DNA from: Azolla caroliniana
Lineage: Eukaryota > Plantae > Polypodiophyta
Assembly (NCBI GenBank): GCA_043228905.1
Contig: JBHGNT010000001.1
Coordinates: 7,502,001 to 7,566,000 of the forward strand
Length of the DNA: 64,000 nucleotides
Reading direction: 5' to 3'
Part shown: in pieces, positions 41,048-54,132 of the stretch
How positions within the stretch are numbered: position 1 is the first letter of the stretch
Layout: every line of letters starts with the position of its first letter
The notes under the pieces: model-generated
Told to the model about the DNA's origin: nothing
The model's input: the letters and a program-made list of their open reading frames with translations, nothing else
Databases searched by the model: none
Made by a program: the position numbers and the translations under genes

Positions 41048-44000
41048 TCAAGCATCAGCAAACCTGCATCAAAAGCAATAACATTAATTCACATTATATA
41101 CCCTCTATTGCGTTAACATTAGATGATATTCTATTATGTCCATATACTGATGTATCGCTGTAACATTAAACACCATCACCAATATTTAAGCACATACTCG
41201 GGTTGCTTACTGAAAGGAGTTCAAGAAGCTTACCCAAGTTCAGAGAGTGCCAAGTGAGCTTCAGCATAATCCTTGAAGAATTCCTCCTCATCCTAGTTGA
41301 AACAAAATACCATCAAAATACTTGGGTATTCACAGAGAATACATGTATAAATCCTTATCAATGTAAAAACAAGAAGTTTTCAAAATACCTTGGCATATAT
41401 CTCAACATATGGACGGAAGGCTGGGTCGTTGATCAAAGCCTTGTCAGACGGAAGCTGAAGAAGACCCTCTTTCTCACCAGTCACAAGCTCACTGGATTTA
41501 GAAAGCCAAATCTCACAAAGCCATCCATTTGGAAGACATCATCATACGATAAAACAAAGTCACAATCTCACAGAAAGAACGCATAAAATTTTAGAGTGCC
41601 AAATTTATCGATCAAATACAGAACTGATATAATTAGCAATCAATCATGTATGCTTCTTACACGAAGTAAGAGTTGTCAAAACATAGAGGATTGGACGTCC
41701 ATGCTCCTTCAAAACCTGATCTGTCCTTGTGGCATCTTCCCTGTAGAGAGGTTAACTTTCAGTAATCAATTGCTTTCTTTACATAAAGTTATGAGCGTTT
41801 AAGAAACACTAACCAGTGTATGAGCTCCAGAAAGAGCAACAATTTCCTTATCACCGAGACCCATATGACCAAATACAGCTCGAAGATGATCAGAACCTGG
41901 AAAGAATGGTACAATCATATTGAAAACAACCTGGAGAACTTATAAAAAGCAGCTTCCGCAAAAATGAATGTACCCTAAATCCAGCACAAGGAATGCACCC
42001 TTGCTAGCATGAATTTATACTAAACAAGTCAACCAAAAATCCAGCGAAGTTTATGTACCCTAAATCTAGCATTAACATATATGAAATAAATCCTAAATCT
42101 AGCAACATATAGATACCCTTAGTGGCATCAGGCAAGCGACCCTCCTCTGGACTCTCAGTCTTATCCTGAAAATGAACAAAAATGGTTAACAAACTGATTT
42201 AAGAGTAATAAATGAACTAACCTATGATCAAAGGTTTATAAATGAGGTAGTTAATGATGTCAATAATGTGGGATGCAGAAGTCATAAAAAGAGATCCATG
42301 AACACGTTAGTTTATCATGTCAATCTTTTATATGTAAGAGTCAGTGATGAGCTTGTTAATTATATCACGAAGATTAGATGATTGAGTGAGATTCTATAAA
42401 TGAGTTACTTAAATCATCTCGATCATTTCTGAAGCATGATAGATGAGCTAGTTACTCGTGCCAATGGGATTAGATTACTGATATTAAATTCATAAATGAA
42501 CTGGCTAATCATCACCACAAGAGTAGATTATCGACAAGGTTGATAAATGAGCCAGTTACTCGTCTCATTAAGTTAACATGCAGCATGCAGGTGGTATAAC
42601 TCAGAAGGGGGACATTTATCCCTATAAGTTTATCATGGCATAAATTGCATAAGTTGTAAAACGATCAAGTTGATAAACTCTCTAATTAAGAATGAATATC
42701 TTATCAGTGACGTATTACTAGCTAGTTATTCATCTTAATGCTAGTGTCATTAGTAAACAAGTTAATCACCAAATTAATTTATTACCGGTCGTCCAGGATG
42801 GAAAGGGATCTCAGGTCCTCCAGTGATTTCAATGGCCACAACACCAGCAAGCTATAAGCAAATATATCACCAGAAAATCATTGAGCCATGTACTTGACAA
42901 TTGTAATTTGGATACAAGAACAAAATTGTACAAGAATAGACAAAAGTACTAAAATACCTCTGACTTGGGTATTTGTTAGAATACCCCTACTTATAAAAAT
43001 TATACTACAATAACCTTTACTTTTTAAAAACTGTAAAAGAGGCAATTACAGTGCTACAAGAACCAGCTAATAAGGGTACTTTGCGTCGTATATTAATTGC
43101 TAGCATGTTCACATTTTTTAGCGTTCACAAGAAGCCCATATTACTGCATCTAGAATTCAAGTGGCACTTCCCTGTTAATTTTCTCATCCAGCTTTCATCT
43201 ACCTTTCAGCTATCTAGCTTCAATCGTCAATATAACCTCACTTACATATGCTAACTTTTACCCGTTTCCAATAGCCCACTCATGTGGCTTCTCATCCAGT
43301 CGCATTTTCCTACAAACCTTCTACATTTCTTTCCTTCGATGTACCTACCAAATTTTCTAGTACGGAAGGAAACTGGTAATGTTTGAAAAACTTTGAGAAA
43401 TTGGTGCACATCGTCCTGGGATTCTATCGTTCTCTCAATACAAATAGACAAAATCGCAGCTATACCTGATAAAAGTCTGCATAAGAGAGGATTGGAAACT
43501 GATCTTTGATAGGCTCCAAGAGGTTAATGGCGATCTGAAGGCCAGCGTTAGCACCATGGGCGAGCTCCGCAGAGTTCCTTATAGTTCCAAAAGGGCCACC
43601 TGTCTTTGTAGAAACATCATATGTTCCAGCAGCATGCCATCTACAGCACAAACACTAAATACATTTATCCTAGCCAATAAATATCTATTATGCATGCATT
43701 GCAATTTGCATTAAATCAGATTTATATCCAAAACGATTTTAAGAGATCAGATAATCTGGTTTACAGGGCACCGCAAGCTTTATAGAAGAATTTGAGAAAG
43801 AAAACGAAAGATTTCAAGAAGCTTATTATTTTCTTTTAGAAGGGAGACTTACGCAAGGCGAACTATTATGGGTGCACAGTTCTTATCTGCAGTTCACAAG
43901 TAGAATTGACCATTATGTTAATGTAACAAAGTTTTAAAACAGAAATATAGAATTGATCTGAACATAACTGCAAGATTTTCTTATATGCACCTGCTATGAG

Positions 44001-44075
44001 AGCCCTCAACTTTCTCTTGGCCTTGGTGACTGCAGACAAGTAGTCATCGCTCACTGTAGGATAAGCTTTCACCAT
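41048..44075 (-). CDS. APX: Cytosolic L-ascorbate peroxidase, 10 coding exons
   Basis: Exons ~44075-43991, 43886-43853, 43640-43466, 42851-42786, 42165-42117, 41896-41814, 41740-41661, 41491-41389, 41294-41234 and 41063-41048. Motifs [59 protein letters not shown] and the C-terminal LSELGFADA*. No transit peptide or TM tail. Confidence 0.97.
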
Positions 44076-45577
44076 TTTGAAGCAAAACCCCTGCAGCAGT
44101 AAATATAAGCCAAAGCTTTCTATTGCACCAATTTAGGAAAGAATAATTATCCACACTTAATCGATCTCCATAGAAAATCTAATTTCAATAAGATTACATT
44201 CAAGTAACTATACACCCAAAGAATTTCCTATATCCTTCAGAATATTATTCAAAAAAATCGAAGCAGAAGAAGCGAAAGTATACGTGTGCATTGCCATTAC
44301 GTAAAAAAATCAGGAGATATATAGACGTATAAGTATTCCATTAAAAAGGTGGACTTAGTGTCTAAGGAGAAATAGATACTGACTGCATACTCATAGAAAC
44401 AATAGCCAAAGTAGACACCAGAAGACGCCATAGAAAAAGAAGAAGGAAGACAACCTCGTAAACCCAATGGCGATGATGAACGACACTGATCAGCACCCGA
44501 AGAAACAATAGAAAAACATCGTAGACAGAGGAATCAAACGGGTAAGAAGAAGACGAAAATACATTGAACAAATGGGAGATGTGTACTGATCAATACTCTC
44601 GTAGTTGCAAAAAATTGGCAAAAACGGTGGAGACGTCATCAACTCCAAGAACATGAATACTATCAGAATGAGACTTGCTGACAGAAACTGTACGTAAAAT
44701 GGCTAATGAGACGGATCAAAATATTGTAAAATGGGGACTTCTAATCGGGAAACAATACCGATCAGCATACAGAATGTAGAAATAGCCTGATCACACAGGA
44801 AAAGTTTGCACTTTTTGAGAAGGTAGCAAGTCAAATAGTGGTAAACTGAGTAAAGCATCTCAGTTACAAGCGGAAACAGAAGAATCGGGAGGAGAGAAGA
44901 AAATGTGTATATCTTACCTGAAAGTGTAAATTGTGAGCTGAGACCTAATGATAATAGTAAATGGGAGAGACAGAGATTTCGATTCCAAAGAATATAGATC
45001 AAAATGCAAGATTAAGCAACTCGGATCGGGGAAAAAATAGAAAACCATTTAAAATAGACACGGGGAGGAAACCTAAGCTCAATCTGATGGAAAGACCGCT
45101 AGAAGCCTGCATTAAACAGAAGAATACGAAATTTGAGGAGGAGAAAGATTTGTGTGAGAAAAAAGAAACTCGGATATCAATAGAACCAGTTGATGAAAAG
45201 AGAGGAAACACGCATTGTTCTTATACCGCGAAGATATAGGAGGGAAACGATAGCACAGGTGTTCGGAGAAATAGAAATCGAAGGGGAAGCAAGGGGTCAA
45301 AAAGCCTCGGCAAAAAGAATGTCAAGAATCAGTAGAAATAGACGAAGAACATGAAGAAGAAACCATGGTTCTTACCTACGAAAGATCAAGGGAGTGAGTG
45401 GGGGGGGAGGATTGAGCAAGATCGGAGGAAAAAAAGAAAGCAAAACATTAGAGTAGGGCCATTCAGAAAACAGAATGCGAGGCAGAGTAGGGTTCTTCTG
45501 AGGAAAGAGAAAGCTTGGGAAGTGTAGTAGGAGAAGAAGAAGCCATTGATGATAGGAGTGAAGGAGTTTCTTCTTAC

Positions 45578-45698
45578 CTGACTGACTGACTGACTGATGG
45601 ACAGCGATGGCGAAGGAACAGTGAAGAAGACAGAGAGAGGAGGAGACGAAGGCGAAAGCGAAGGCGAAGGAGAGAGAGAGAGAGAGAGACTATAAATA
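45578..45698 (-). promoter_or_regulatory. Probable APX core promoter and non-coding first exon
   Basis: The minus strand has TATTTATAG (45698-45690), then a CT-rich leader and CAG|GTAAG at 45578/45577. A matching acceptor lies ~16 nt before the APX ATG. Confidence 0.65.
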
Positions 45699-45908
45699 CG
45701 GCGATTCTTGTATTTGGTGGGTCTTCGAAGGAAGCAGCAGCCCCGTCGGATGTGTTTGGAATCGACGGTGGCCTGAGGCTCTTGTATTCGACGGATCCGA
45801 TTGCTTTGATGACCAATCCAGTGAACGGCCCAGATTGATTTTGGCGTGCGACCAAAAAGCCCTACCACTAAGTGCCCCCACACGACACACACCCACACGT
45901 GCGTGCCC

Positions 45909-48900
45909 CTTTTTTTTTTTTTAATGAAGATATCCTGTCATTAGTATAAACAAATTACAAGATTTTAAACCTCTATGTAATCGGCGGGGGAAACAACCAT
46001 TTCGGTGGCTGAAAATGCCAATAAGGAGTAGTGTACCTGGATGTCACAAATGGAGTAGCTGTCCAGATAATAAGAAACTCATGCCGTTGAGCAATTTTAG
46101 CATCAGAATCTCCCACTATACCATCCCATTGACCCTTCAAAGCATGAACTATCTCTAACCAAATATTTGAAATCACTTCAGCAGGTGGTGTTTTCAGATT
46201 ATGGAAAACGAGAGAACACCGAGCTTTCCAAATGTGATAGACAGTGGTACTACTCAATATCTCCCATATTGGCTGAACTTCCTTCCTTACTCCTGAAAAC
46301 TGTAATGACATCAGTGATAATGTACAAACACTTCCATTTTTAGTGTAAAACCCATGGTCCATAGATTCGATGCCATAATGGAACACATCACGGGCAAGTG
46401 ATGTCCAAACGACCATGCCCCAAGTGAGAACCAACGGGGGAAAATAATTAGCGAAAATTCTAAGGAGCCGTTGCCATATCTGTTGAGAATCAATGCATTC
46501 CCATAAACAATGTTTTTGAGTTTCCGTTTGTAAATGACATCGAGTACAACATGAAGACACTCCCATCCTATGCAACCATGTGCCAACCGGCAACGCCTTG
46601 TGTACAACTAACCACTGTACATGTAATATTTTGTGTTGCTGTTTTCTTGCCCATAAGATAGCCCAGAATTTTGCAAGGAATTGGGGAGTAATACCTTGTT
46701 GATTCCAATATTGAGATGCAGCTGGTACCACATCACGTGTATCTGAAAGTACATGTCTTCCCAACTGTACAGAATATTGGAAGAAATTGAACTTGTTACC
46801 CGTGTAAGGATCTGTCCAATGATAGTCAATTGGGTCCCAATCTAATCTGAATACCGGTCTTTTAGCTAACACCCACAGCTTCCAATGTGTCCTTATTTCC
46901 TCTATCATTGGATCAATATACCATTTACGATCGGCATATCCAATTATCCTTATCTTGTGCTCAATGGCATAGGGGTAATCTATCACCATTTCCCCGGACT
47001 GAGACAATTGATTTGTTTCATCCACCTCAAACAACCGGTATGTCTTATCATTTGAATAACCCTTAACAGCCAAGAGTACTTCCAATCTTGAAAAAACCCC
47101 AATCCATCTATGGTTAGTGTTATTGGGTGGTATGGGTTGTCTACTCATAGCTTCTTGAATTTGTTGGTACATTATATGTCCGCCATGCATATTACGTAAG
47201 ATTTCTTTTTGTTCTTCCAACGATCGCGATAAAAATTCTTTCCAAGTCTGAATTGTTTTCGCGGGACCTTCTGTCATTTTTCCCCACGATAACCATTGTC
47301 TAGAACCCAACACAAAACCATCTGATGTTGTAAACAACGGGTTCCAAACTATCTTTTGTCTGAGATACTCAAGATAATGTTTGGGGTTCGGTTTATTGCG
47401 AAGCAAACCAGGTAGTACTTGTTTCCATGCTGCAAATAATGTCCTAATAAATTTGTCTTCCCATCTAGTGGCTGAAGGTACTCGGAAATTTTCCCTAAAT
47501 ATCCAATTCACATCCTTTGACCAGGGAGCACCTAAGCGAGGAAAGCAATCTGAGCAACGGTCAAGCAATAATACTTTCCATATCTCTTGCCCTGGCATAA
47601 ATCCTCTAACGAGCAACTTACTTAACAATGCTCTTGATTGGTCCACTGGATCAATAATACCTAATCCTCCTTTAGAGCGAGGTAAGGTAATAACATCCCA
47701 TTTCACTTTGGACCGAGCATTGCCTTCTGTTTTACCGGACCACAAGAAGTTCCGAACCAATCTACGTATTTTCAGAATACATGACTTGGAGAATATCCAA
47801 CATGACAAAACATACCATGTTGAAGCCAATAAAACCTGATTAGCCACTACAATCCGACCAGCAAAAGATAGCTTGGCTGAACTCCATAACAACAACTTTT
47901 TCCGCAGTGACAATAGGAGGGGTGCCACTTGATTTTCCATTGAAAGATCAATACCTATCGTACACCCTAAGTATCGAACTGGACAACCTGATGGTATCCA
48001 TCGAAATTGCGGGTGTGGACTCCATAGAGGAGGCTCTACATCCCCCACCCAAAATGCAAAGGACTTGTTCCAATTAACCAGTGCACCCGAAGCCTTACAA
48101 AATGTGGATATGGCCAATTCTGTTTTCTGTAGATTTTCCAAATCACCTTTTAAATATAGGGCAGTGTCATCTGCAAATTCAGCGTCCCTTACTTCTATAT
48201 GTGAGAATGGGATGCGTATTCCGCGTATACCAATATCACCAGCATTCAAAAAGGAAATCATTGCCTCAGCAAAAAACAGAAACAAGAAAGGAGCTAAAGG
48301 ACAACCTTGTCGAACTGATCGAGAAATAGTAAACAAAGGTCCATAATTCCCAACCAGTAAGACTCTGCTTTGTGCCGAATTATATAATGAAGAAATACCT
48401 TTTATCCATTCTTTCGAGAAACCAAAACGAGCCAGTACACCTTGTAAAAATTCCCAGTCAACACGGTCATAAGCTTTCTCAAAATCAAGCATAACAATGG
48501 CCAACTCTTGATTAGATTTGGCTGCCAAGGCAGCAGATTCCCAAAATGTATACACATTATCCAATATGCTCCTTTCCTGAATAAAACCTGTTTGCGACGG
48601 ATGTATAACTATAGGCATTATAGTACCAAGTCTTATACTAAGCGCTTTAGCTAGGATTTTATACACCGTATTCAGTAATGTAATTGGGCGCCATTTCTTG
48701 ATGTCCAATGAAGGACCTTCTGATTTAGGGATAAGGTAAATTATTCCTTCTGTAAAATGTGAAGGCATAATGCCCTCTCGAAGAATTTGTTGGAATGCTG
48801 TACATAAATCTGATTTAAACAAGTCCCAATATTTAATGAAAAATGATGGGGTTAATCCATCCATACCTGGACAACTATTCTTAGGCAAAGCTTGAAGTGC

Positions 48901-49669
48901 TTCACTCAATTCCTCATGAGTAAGAACGTCTTGAAGACTGGCATTCATATCCTGTGTTATTCTTGAACTCATTTTATTCCATACACAAGACCGACTTATT
49001 AAATCCTCATCGGAGAATGAAATAGCTGATAGTAGGTTGGAATAGTATCATGTGGCTATTTCTCTCATCACTTTAGGGTCAGATGAGATGGTCCCATTCT
49101 CATCTTGTAGTTGTTTGATTGAAACCGCATTATGATTGGGTCTTATTGCATGAAAAAATTCAGCTGTACATTTATCACCCATTTGGGTCCAAGTAGATGC
49201 CCTATTATGGTATTGAAATTCTGCACGCTTTTCTAATAGTACAGCAAGTTCTTGTTTTGCTGACCCAATTTTCTCAGCAATCCAAGTACAGTGTGGATAA
49301 CGTTCTTGTAATCGTTGTAGAGAAACAAGAGAAGTACGAGACCGTTTCTCCTTTTCTTGGATCATAGAGAACCTCTCCTTAGATTTACCCCTAAAAAATT
49401 CTGAAATACATCGTAAGCCATTAGCTACCCGCACCGCCATTGATTCCTGTACAACATCCTTTTGTGACCATAATTGAGCCACTTGTAAGGAAAAGCTATT
49501 GTCTAACAGCAGATTTTCAGGAATCTTCATATTGGAGAATTCTTTAAGGTTTTGGGTTGATATTGAAAGAATCACTGGAGCATGATCAGAGAAGGTAGTC
49601 CCTGGCATTATATGTATTGTACCAGTTGCTGAAATAAATTTGCCAGATACATAGAATCTATCCAATCGA
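45909..49669 (-). mobile_element. 5'-truncated L1/Tx1-like LINE: C-terminal end of the APE endonuclease, RT, zf-RVT and poly(A) tail
   Basis: RLDRFYV..SDHAPV (EN end); PGMDGL, KWRPITLLNTVYKILAK, LDFEKAYDRV, VRQGCPLAP and FADD (RT); CTRC..ETQKHCLWEC (zinc finger). Stop at 45973 and a T-run at 45909-45922. One in-frame TGA at 49050-49048 separates the two ORFs. Confidence 0.95.
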
Positions 49670-49713
49670 TATGCGTATGGGTATAGGTATGGGTATGGGT
49701 ATGGGTATGCATA

Positions 49714-49798
<85 letters not shown>

Positions 49799-49840
49799 GT
49801 ATGTGTATGCGTATGTGTAATGTGCATGTATATAGTGTGT
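49670..49840. repeat. (TATGGG)n/(TATGTG)n hexanucleotide microsatellite abutting the LINE 5' end
   Basis: Direct reading of the sequence. Confidence 0.95.
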
Positions 49841-51916
49841 GTGAGCTTCACATCTTGTTTAGGAGCCTGCACGAATCAAAGAATATGTCGTGGATTCAAA
49901 TGCCCACTTGAAATGAGAGTGAAAGATACTAAGAGCCAAACATTATGTATATGCTTCTGATTCGGGTTATTTCATGATCGAGCAAATGATTCCTCGTGGC
50001 TTTCTGAATATTAGGAATGTGTTCGAAGTGTTTTTTGTCGAGAGTGTGTTGCATGCGTAATCCATTAGAGGTACACATTACGGTCAATACCTTATTAGTT
50101 TCGGCTAGTTGAGCTTGTCAGTTATTCAAGGCTTCTTTTATAATTAGTGTATGCTTGTTTCACGAGGTAAAGAGAAGACCCTACATGAAGCATTTGATGT
50201 ATTGTTGGGCAAGATTTGGGGGGATGAAGCATGCTCTCACACCCCAATAATACATATAGCAGCCCCTAAATAACCTCCGAAAACAAAATCCTTGGAGTTG
50301 TTTCACGATCTCACTAAAAAGTTAGTTTTCTTTTGCATAAGACGAAGAATCCCTCTAATGACAAATAGCAATTTTGTATGACAAGAGACTAGAAAGTTAG
50401 GCCCTCCACCTACAAAATGATGTTTGTTTGCAACTAAAGTAAATTTCACACTCTACAAACATGATTGTATGGATTACTAAAACACAAGTAAAATATCGAT
50501 GTACAAGCAATTATGATCTCGACAAAGAAAATGATCGATGAAATTAACATCACTTGATAGAATTATTGGTTGAGAGTCGAGACAAGAAGGTCACTTGTTC
50601 ACCCCTACATTGCATACCAAGGAGAAATTATGGTGATTCGAGAGTACAAGAAAGAAAGATATGGTGATGCCTTATTTAAGAAGCCAAAATGGGCTATAAG
50701 ACCAAATCAAAGATTACATCTAAAAATGTTTTGTCTTGTCTTAGGAAAGAAACGCTAGCAAAAGTGAGAACATCCCATGAGTTTAATTTAGGGGCTCAAA
50801 TATGAAGGGATGTCATGTACGTAGAAGAAGATAGCATCAAACAATTTTTATAATTTCAAAATTTTAGTCATGTGCTATTGATTGAAAAGATGACAAAAAA
50901 GATTCAAAGCAATTGATATCAATGTCGGATTTACTGTGAGCATGTTTTGGATCCTATTTCAATTTTATACTTGGAATGATGAAAGTGGCATTATCTCAAT
51001 CTTAACCTATGGGGGGCATCTTCTAAAATGGATGATAAACAATATGTAGTAGCTATTCATTTGGAAATTTTCAGCCATCTAACAAGTGCTAAAGTGTAAA
51101 GAAAGGGTAATTGTTTAGTAAAAGTTTAAAAAAAAGGTAAAAGTTTAAAAAAAAAGGTGTTTTGTATTTACCACTAACAAAACACTAGTTGGATGTGTAA
51201 CAACTGGAACTAATCTTATAATGCCCATTGTGTCACATGAAGAAATATATAATTGCCTAGTTGTGGAACATAGACTTGTTGGATCAAGGGGGGTGACTCA
51301 AGCTAATTCTTATGTCCATGCCAATCTTTTTACCCCCAAGCCTTGCTATCTCCTCCATATTTGTCTTCATTATAACTTATAAGTATAACTTACATAACTA
51401 CAAATCATATCTCATTGCATTCAATTAGAAAACAACATTATAATGTTTGTCCGGGGACTCATGGTTCATGTCGAACGTAAAGAATAGATCCCACTCGTGA
51501 GCAATGATACAAACTAAAACCAAAGGGCCTACGAAAATGACAAGGTTTGTTGGCCACAATGTTTATCTAGACAGACAAACTGGTCGGAAGTGAAGTGTCG
51601 CAAAGTAAATCGGCAAACTTAAAAGCTACATTCCTTTGGAAGATGTTATAGTTTGGATTATTCTCATGATTGATTATTGTATGAGATATTGATGATAATT
51701 GGCTCTATAATGACACTAACCATTTAATGGCATCATCATCTCTCACATTCAAGGAAATTACATACTAAAAGAGAACCAACAGACTTTCCAATTAAAGCTA
51801 AAAGAAAGCATTTGGGAGCTTCTGTTAGATGCATATCTATATTTGAAGCTAAAGCTCTTTCTCCTATTCTCTTGTCGGGTTGATTTTTGTCAGCTCTCAA
51901 AAAACCACACCAGAAT

Positions 51917-53316
51917 ATGGAGGTAAAGCAAACAGTTTTCTTTTATAGCTCATTTATTATTGATCAATGCTCTTGTTCTAGATCGTGTTTAAACTCTTTT
52001 TATTTTTGTTTTTAATGGCTGTTTTCTTTTCTTTGTTGCTTCTTATGTGATGATAAGAAAAAGGAAGTATGGTGAGAATCAGAGCTTGCCATAACTCTGC
52101 AGTTTTTGTTTTGTCACAGTTCTTCCACACAGGGCATGCAAAAGACAATAAGGCACTTGTGGAGATGCTGAGGCATCAAGGTGTAATCAAGTCACAGAGG
52201 GTTATGGAAACCATGGAAGGAATTGATAGGAAGCTGTTTGCTCCTCAAGGAATCCACTCTCCTTATGTGGACAGTCCGCTGCCCATCGGTCACAATGCAA
52301 CCATCTCTGCCCCTCACATGCATGCTCTCTGCCTTCAGTTGCTGGATGGGCACCTGTACCCTGGCGCCCGTGCCCTTGATGTTGGCTCCGGTATTCGTCT
52401 TTTCCTGTGGTCTTGCTTTATTGCTTTGCCTTTTCATCCAACTGGAGATTGTGTTTTTGATCTGTTTTTTGCTAGGGCCTCTCCTTCCTTAGGCCATTTG
52501 GTTATAGCTAATTTCCTGTATTTGTGTAGGTACTGGATATTTGACTGCTTGTTTTGCTCTCATGGTGGGGGAGCAAGGCCGTGCCGTGGGTGTCGAGCAT
52601 ATACCAGAACTCGTGGAAAGCTCCATAGAGAATGTTCGGAAAAGCAAAGCAGCCCATTTACTGGAATCTGGGAGGTTGTCCTTGCATGTTGGAGGTACAT
52701 ATTTGATCAAATGGGATTCCATTCATATGTCCTAGAAGTATAGGTAGAAGATTTCCTTAATCCTAGAAGGCATGCAAAAAAAATCATTCTTAACTTCTTT
52801 AAATGGTGTTTGCTATATGAGGATGTTGACCAATTGGTTTCTATGGGGGTTTGTATGTGCTATATAGTTTGAAATGCGTTTAATTCTTCACTATGTTGCT
52901 TTAGAAGGGTTTAAAGTACAAAATCATTTTTGTACACAATGTATCTTTCTATGAAGTGACTACATGCCTATCATTTGTTCATGTTGAGTGCAAAATCATT
53001 TGGGTTCTAGTAGGGTTTAATGTCAATATCTATGTCTAATATTGGGAGGGGATGCCTTCATATTGCAGATGGGAGGGAAGGTTGGCCAAGTGAAGCTCCT
53101 TATGATGCCATCCATGTGGGAGCGGCTGCATCGCGTGTTCCGGATGCCTTGTACAAAGAACTGAAGCTGGGTGGCCGCATGGTCATTCCCGTCGGTGATC
53201 TCTTTCAAGAGTTGAGAGTGATTGATAAACAAGCTGATGGCACTTTGAAAGAATGGTCCGAAACAGCCGTACGCTATGTCCCCTTGACAAGCAAGAAAGA
53301 ACAATTGCAATGCTGA
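51917..53316 (+). CDS. PIMT: Protein-L-isoaspartate O-methyltransferase, 4 coding exons
   Basis: Exons 51917-51922 (ATGGAG|GT), 52120-52390, 52530-52694 and 53069-53316. Motifs NATISAPHMHA, ALDVGSGTGYLTACFA, VGVEHIPEL, GDGREGW..APYDAIHVGAA, GGRMVIPVG and VRYVPLT. Confidence 0.95.
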
Positions 53317-53883
53317 TCTTATGTTTAAGATGGGTCTATAATATGTGAAGGTCCATTTCATGGACCTGGAATGTTGAAATTTGGAATTTTTGTTTTGGGT
53401 TGATGATGATGTATATAAGGTCCCAATTACTGCATGAAAATTGTTTTTTTTAGTTGGAAATGTGAAATATGAACTCTAGTTTTTTTCTCTATCGGGTATG
53501 TGTAAAGTTCATGAGTTGTTCTTCTAAGAAGCTGGAAATTTTAAAGATGGGATATTGTTTTTGTTTCATTGTTTCAATTCTATCTTTAGAATATCCATAT
53601 GGGTGGCTAATTTTAACCTAGGAGTGTTTTGCCCATTGCTAAATATGGGAAGCTACTCCTGTGGTGTTGATGATTAGTTCCCCTCTCCTGTGTAAGGAGC
53701 ACCTCCCACACCAACACACCTGGGGGTGTTCTGCCCATTGTTATAAATAAGGGAAGCATTCCCGGTTTGGTCTGAGATTGTGTAGGCATTTACTATTGCT
53801 ACTTATTTTTAGGCCTGATCAGCTTGTGCTGCCTACATTCACACGCATCAAGTCCAAACTCTGGCATAAATTATGGTCTCTAG

Positions 53884-54040
53884 TTCATGCAAGTGTGTAT
53901 GCATACACATACATACATGCACAAGTGTGTTATGCATACACATACATACATGCACAAGTGTGTTATGCATACATATACATATATATACATATGAACATGT
54001 GTTATACATACATGTATGCACATGCACATATATATTTATA
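53884..54040. repeat. Low-complexity ~33 bp tandem units (CATGCACAAGTGTGTTATGCATACACATACATA)
   Basis: Direct reading; 3-4 degenerate copies. Confidence 0.8.
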
Positions 54041-54132
54041 TTGAAGTTTGAGAGTCGAGACACTTAAGCACATGAGAATTTTAGCAATGCAGAAAAGTAA
54101 ATTACAGACATTCTTTCCGAACTAAAAATTCT

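Noticed and set aside
45712-45735. Heat-shock element in the APX promoter
   Set aside because: TTC/GAA triplets are present but not in proper alternating nGAAn spacing.
45880-49690. Target-site duplication of the LINE
   Set aside because: The flanks (..GTGCGTGCCCC and ATGCGTATGGG..) do not form a direct repeat.
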